From Balamuthia mandrillaris (Eukaryota): 64,000 nucleotides of DNA. The stretch is taken from contig JAVKOQ020000104.1 in assembly GCA_031835245.2 (NCBI GenBank), positions 1-64,000 on the forward strand, read 5' to 3'. The translations under genes and the position numbers were made by a program. Under the pieces are notes generated by a model. It saw nothing but the letters and a program-made list of their open reading frames with translations. It made no database searches and had not been told where the DNA came from. Positions 60,605-64,000 of the stretch are shown here, in pieces (the stretch's first letter is position 1; each line of letters opens with the position of its first letter).

Positions 60605-61367
60605 ATGGGAAACTCACAAGGAACCAATTCTACGCTGAAGAAAGAAGAGTTGGAGGAGCTGACCAAAATAACTCATTGTACGTTTTGTTTTTTTTTTTCT
60701 GGCTTTGGGTAGTACTGCGCCTTTCGTTCTGCTCATCTGGCGTACAAATTGTTCTTCGCGCAGTCGATCACAAGGAACTCAACGCCATGTACAAACAATT
60801 CAAGAAAGAGACGCCGCAGGGGTTCATCACAAAAGAAGAGTTCAAGGAAGTAATGAAACAAATGGGGGTTGTGGACAATTTTTTGCAAGAACTCATCTTC
60901 AACGTTTTCGACAACAACAAAGATGGAACCATCAACTTTCAAGAGTTTGTTTGTGCCCTTTCTGTTATGACACGGGGGACTACTGATGAAAAGCTTGAAT
61001 GTACGTATAGTTCTTAGCTTTCGCCCGTACTGCTTTTTCCGAAAAGTTTTCTGGAGTAACTAACTATGGATCCTCTCTTCTCTGAAACAAAAAAATCCTT
61101 GTTAAAGTTAGCTTCCGGTTGTATGATATCACGTCGAATGGCTACATAACTAAGGACGAGATGACAAAGATAATGGACTCCTTCTACAAACTTGTGGGTC
61201 CATTGGTCACCTTTTCCGGCAAAAAATACGAGTCACACGCGCAGCTCGTGGAGGAGTTCTTCGAGCAAATCGACACAACGGGAGAAGGCAAGATAACGCT
61301 GGAAATGTACAAAGAAGGAGCAGTGAAAAATCCCGATATCATACAGGGTCTCAAGCTGTTTGCATAA
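60605..61367 (+). CDS. Neuronal calcium sensor / frequenin-like EF-hand protein
   Basis: MGNSQG myristoylation motif, FDNNKDGTINFQEF...RGTTDEKLE, YD..SNGYITKDEM. Confidence 0.9.
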
Positions 61368-61593
61368 AATTCCCTTCCCTTTATCTTCTTGTTCCTCTCT
61401 CCTCTTGTAGCTTGTTGCTTCAAATCTTTTTTCCAAGCCAGGACGACACGGGAAAGCGTCCGACTTTCCTTCTCATAAATTTCTCGGTGTCGACAATAAT
61501 TATTCAGGTAGGCAGACGGGTTGCTCACAAAAGCGAGAGGCTTCCTTTTATTTTTTTTGGTGTCTTCCGCGCACTCTTCCCACTGCTACTCAA

Positions 61594-64000
61594 ATGCCGT
61601 TGATTGCACGTTTCCCAAAGTCATCTCCCCCATTGCTCTCGTTGGTGGCCAACGAGCTTTTGCACGTCAGTGACCCCAAGGACCAAATCAAGTTCACTCC
61701 TAAGGCTGACGCTGAGCAACCCGAGGCTGAGCTTGTTTTCTATCCCTCTGGGTTCGTTCGTTTGTCTTTTGTGCTTTTTTTAAAAACGTCTCTGATGTGT
61801 GTGTTTGCACAGAAATGTGCTGAGAGGCGATGTGACCATTGCTCGCTATTTGGCTAGGCTGGACTCTTCCAAGGGCCTTTATGGTGTTGTCAGCGACCCT
61901 TTCTCATCCTCTGATGTGAGTGCTGCACTTTATCGAAAAGTTGTGTGTTGATTACGTAATTACTGATGTGGCTACTACGTTACAGGTGGATCAATGGATT
62001 GACTTCTCCGTTCAGCGCTTACACAAGGACACTCCCAATCCTGCCTTTGTGGCTGCCTGTGACCTGCTTAACAAGCACTTGGCCCTTCGCAGTTACCTCT
62101 CTGGTTACTCCATCACACTGGCCGACGTTGCTGTCTGGGCTTCCATCTCTACGCACCCTAGCTGGGCCAACATCTCCAAGAGCAAAAACTCCCAACATAT
62201 TCTTAGGTGAGCTTTTGTTTTTTCAAATGGCTGTTCTTTCAAAAGGAAGAATTCTCACCCTCATGATCTGTTTTTTGCATCAACAAAAACAAGGTGGTTA
62301 CTTCACTGCGACTCCTTGCCCGAGTTCCAAAAAGTTGGTAACCAGTACCTCGCACGAGCTGCTCCTGAGAGCAAACAGCCCAAACAATCAGGGAAGGAAG
62401 GAGCTGCTGCCGTTCGTAAAAAGGCCTCCAAGGCCAAGTACGTGGAGTTGGCCGGTGCGGAAGAGGGCAAGGTCGTTACTCGCTTCCCTCCTGAGCCAAG
62501 CGGCTATCTCCACATGGGGCACGTCAAGGCCGCCCTTCTAAACAGTCATTATGCTCGCACCTACAATGGCAAGCTGATTTTGCGTTTTGATGATACCAAC
62601 CCCGCCAAAGAAAGCGTAAGTTCAATTTTTTTTTGATTTTCCACTTTGGAAGGATACATACTGATGTTGCATGTTAGGTTGAGTTCACTGATAGCATCAT
62701 GAAGGACTTAGTCACATTGGGCATCAAACACGATGTGCTCAGCTATACATCTGACTACTTTGATCAAATACTTGCGTATGCAGAGCAGATTATCAAGCAG
62801 GGTGACGCCTTTGTGGACATGACTCCAAAAGAAGAGGTTATAAGTCTCTTCTCTCTCTCTCTCTCTCTCCATTTTTTCCTAGCTATTTGTGCTGAGTAGT
62901 TGCTTTTGTGCTTTGGAAAACTATAGATGAAAAAAGAGAAGCGAGCGATGATTGACTCCAAGTACCGTAATAACTCCGTTGAAGAGAACTTGAGACTATG
63001 GGAGGAGATGAAGGCAGGTACCCCGGAAGGTGCGAAGTGTGTGCTTCGAGCCAAGATAGACATGCAGTCTAAGAACGGATGCATGAGAGATCCTGGTCTC
63101 TACCGTGTTGTTCTCAACCCTCCTCATCACCGAACAGGGTATGTTGTCTTTAATATTCTTGCTTTGTGAGATTACGCTCACTGATCACGCCCTATTGCAG
63201 TGCCAAGTATAAGGTTTATCCAATCTACGATTTTGCCTGCCCAATTGTGGACAGTTTGGAGGGGGTAACCCATGCACTTCGATCCAGCGAATATCATGAC
63301 AGAAACGTTCAATATCAGTGGATGTTGGATACACTGAAGTTGAGACCAGTCCGGATAGAGGACTTCAGCAGGTTGAACTTCACATACACTCTACTTTCCA
63401 AGCGTAAGTTACAGTGGTTCGTGGACGAAGGCATTGTTGAGGGATGGGACTCGCCTGCCTTCCCCACTGTTCGGGGTTTGTTTGCCTTTCATATTGTTTA
63501 CTTTCTTTGCTGTTTTCTATCTTGTAGTTCGTTTGATTCTGATGGTAACCTGTATGTAGGCATCCTGCGAAGAGGTTTGACCGTTGAGGCATTATACGAG
63601 TTTATTCTCGCACAGGGCTCCTCTAAGAGAGCCAACGAGCAGGAGATCGACAAGCTGTGGGCGCTTAACAAGCAGATTATCGATCCAATCATCCCTCGTT
63701 ACACAGCTATCGCGGATGAGGGCAAGGTGCCGTTCCACCTGACCAATGGACCCAAGGCTCCCGAGGCCAAGACCCTTCCCCGACACAAGAAGAACCCCTC
63801 TTTGGGCACTAAAGTGGTCCACTTTTCCAGCGACATCTTTATTGAGCAGGAAGACGCTCAAGCTGTCAGCCAAGATGAGGAAATCACGCTTATGGATTGG
63901 GGAAACTGCTTCGTAAGAAAGATCGTCAAGGACGAGAGCGGCAAGGTGGTGAGCATGGAGGGAGAGCTCAATCCTACTGGTGACTACAAGACAACCAAGT
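61594..64000 (+). CDS. Cytosolic glutamyl-tRNA synthetase with N-terminal GST-like domain (runs off the window)
   Basis: [53 protein letters not shown]. Confidence 0.96.

Overview
Eukaryotic genomic DNA from a gene-dense protist with many short introns. The gene set (Cbl-like ligase, PIWI-clade Argonaute, standalone LolD-type ABC ATPase, RIT1, ERG8-type PMVK) and the abundant intronic (CT)n tracts suggest a discosean amoebozoan such as Balamuthia or Acanthamoeba; this is inference, not tested. Positions 1-12.2 kb are a nested transposon graveyard: several copies of one APE-type non-LTR retrotransposon (one young and internally deleted, others degenerate, one with an internal inversion), a MULE transposase relic, a gypsy-like gag with LTR, solo LTRs with 4-bp TSDs, and a copia RNase H relic. 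The old copies show strong CpG-to-TpG/CpA decay. From 12.2 kb to the end are about 24 tightly packed genes, many head-to-head: RIT1, BAG6, OST3/6, an orphan, TFIIIC110/Tfc6, an ARM protein, USP20/33-like, a universal stress protein, PH-ArfGAP, Rab11-like, ABC ATPase, Pex8-like, a second orphan, TAF13, a GPI-type Frizzled-CRD protein, RNF113A, G-alpha, Cbl-like, PIWI, a SAM methyltransferase, PMVK, MCPH1-like, NCS-1 and GluRS. Best leads: a candidate amoebozoan Pex8; a U12 AT-AC intron in OST3/6; a B-box abutting the TFIIIC110 start codon, echoing yeast ETC6 autoregulation; and a CpG-decayed, dual-orientation TE cluster together with a catalytically intact RG-rich PIWI. Gene ends and family calls were made by eye from motifs and need database confirmation.
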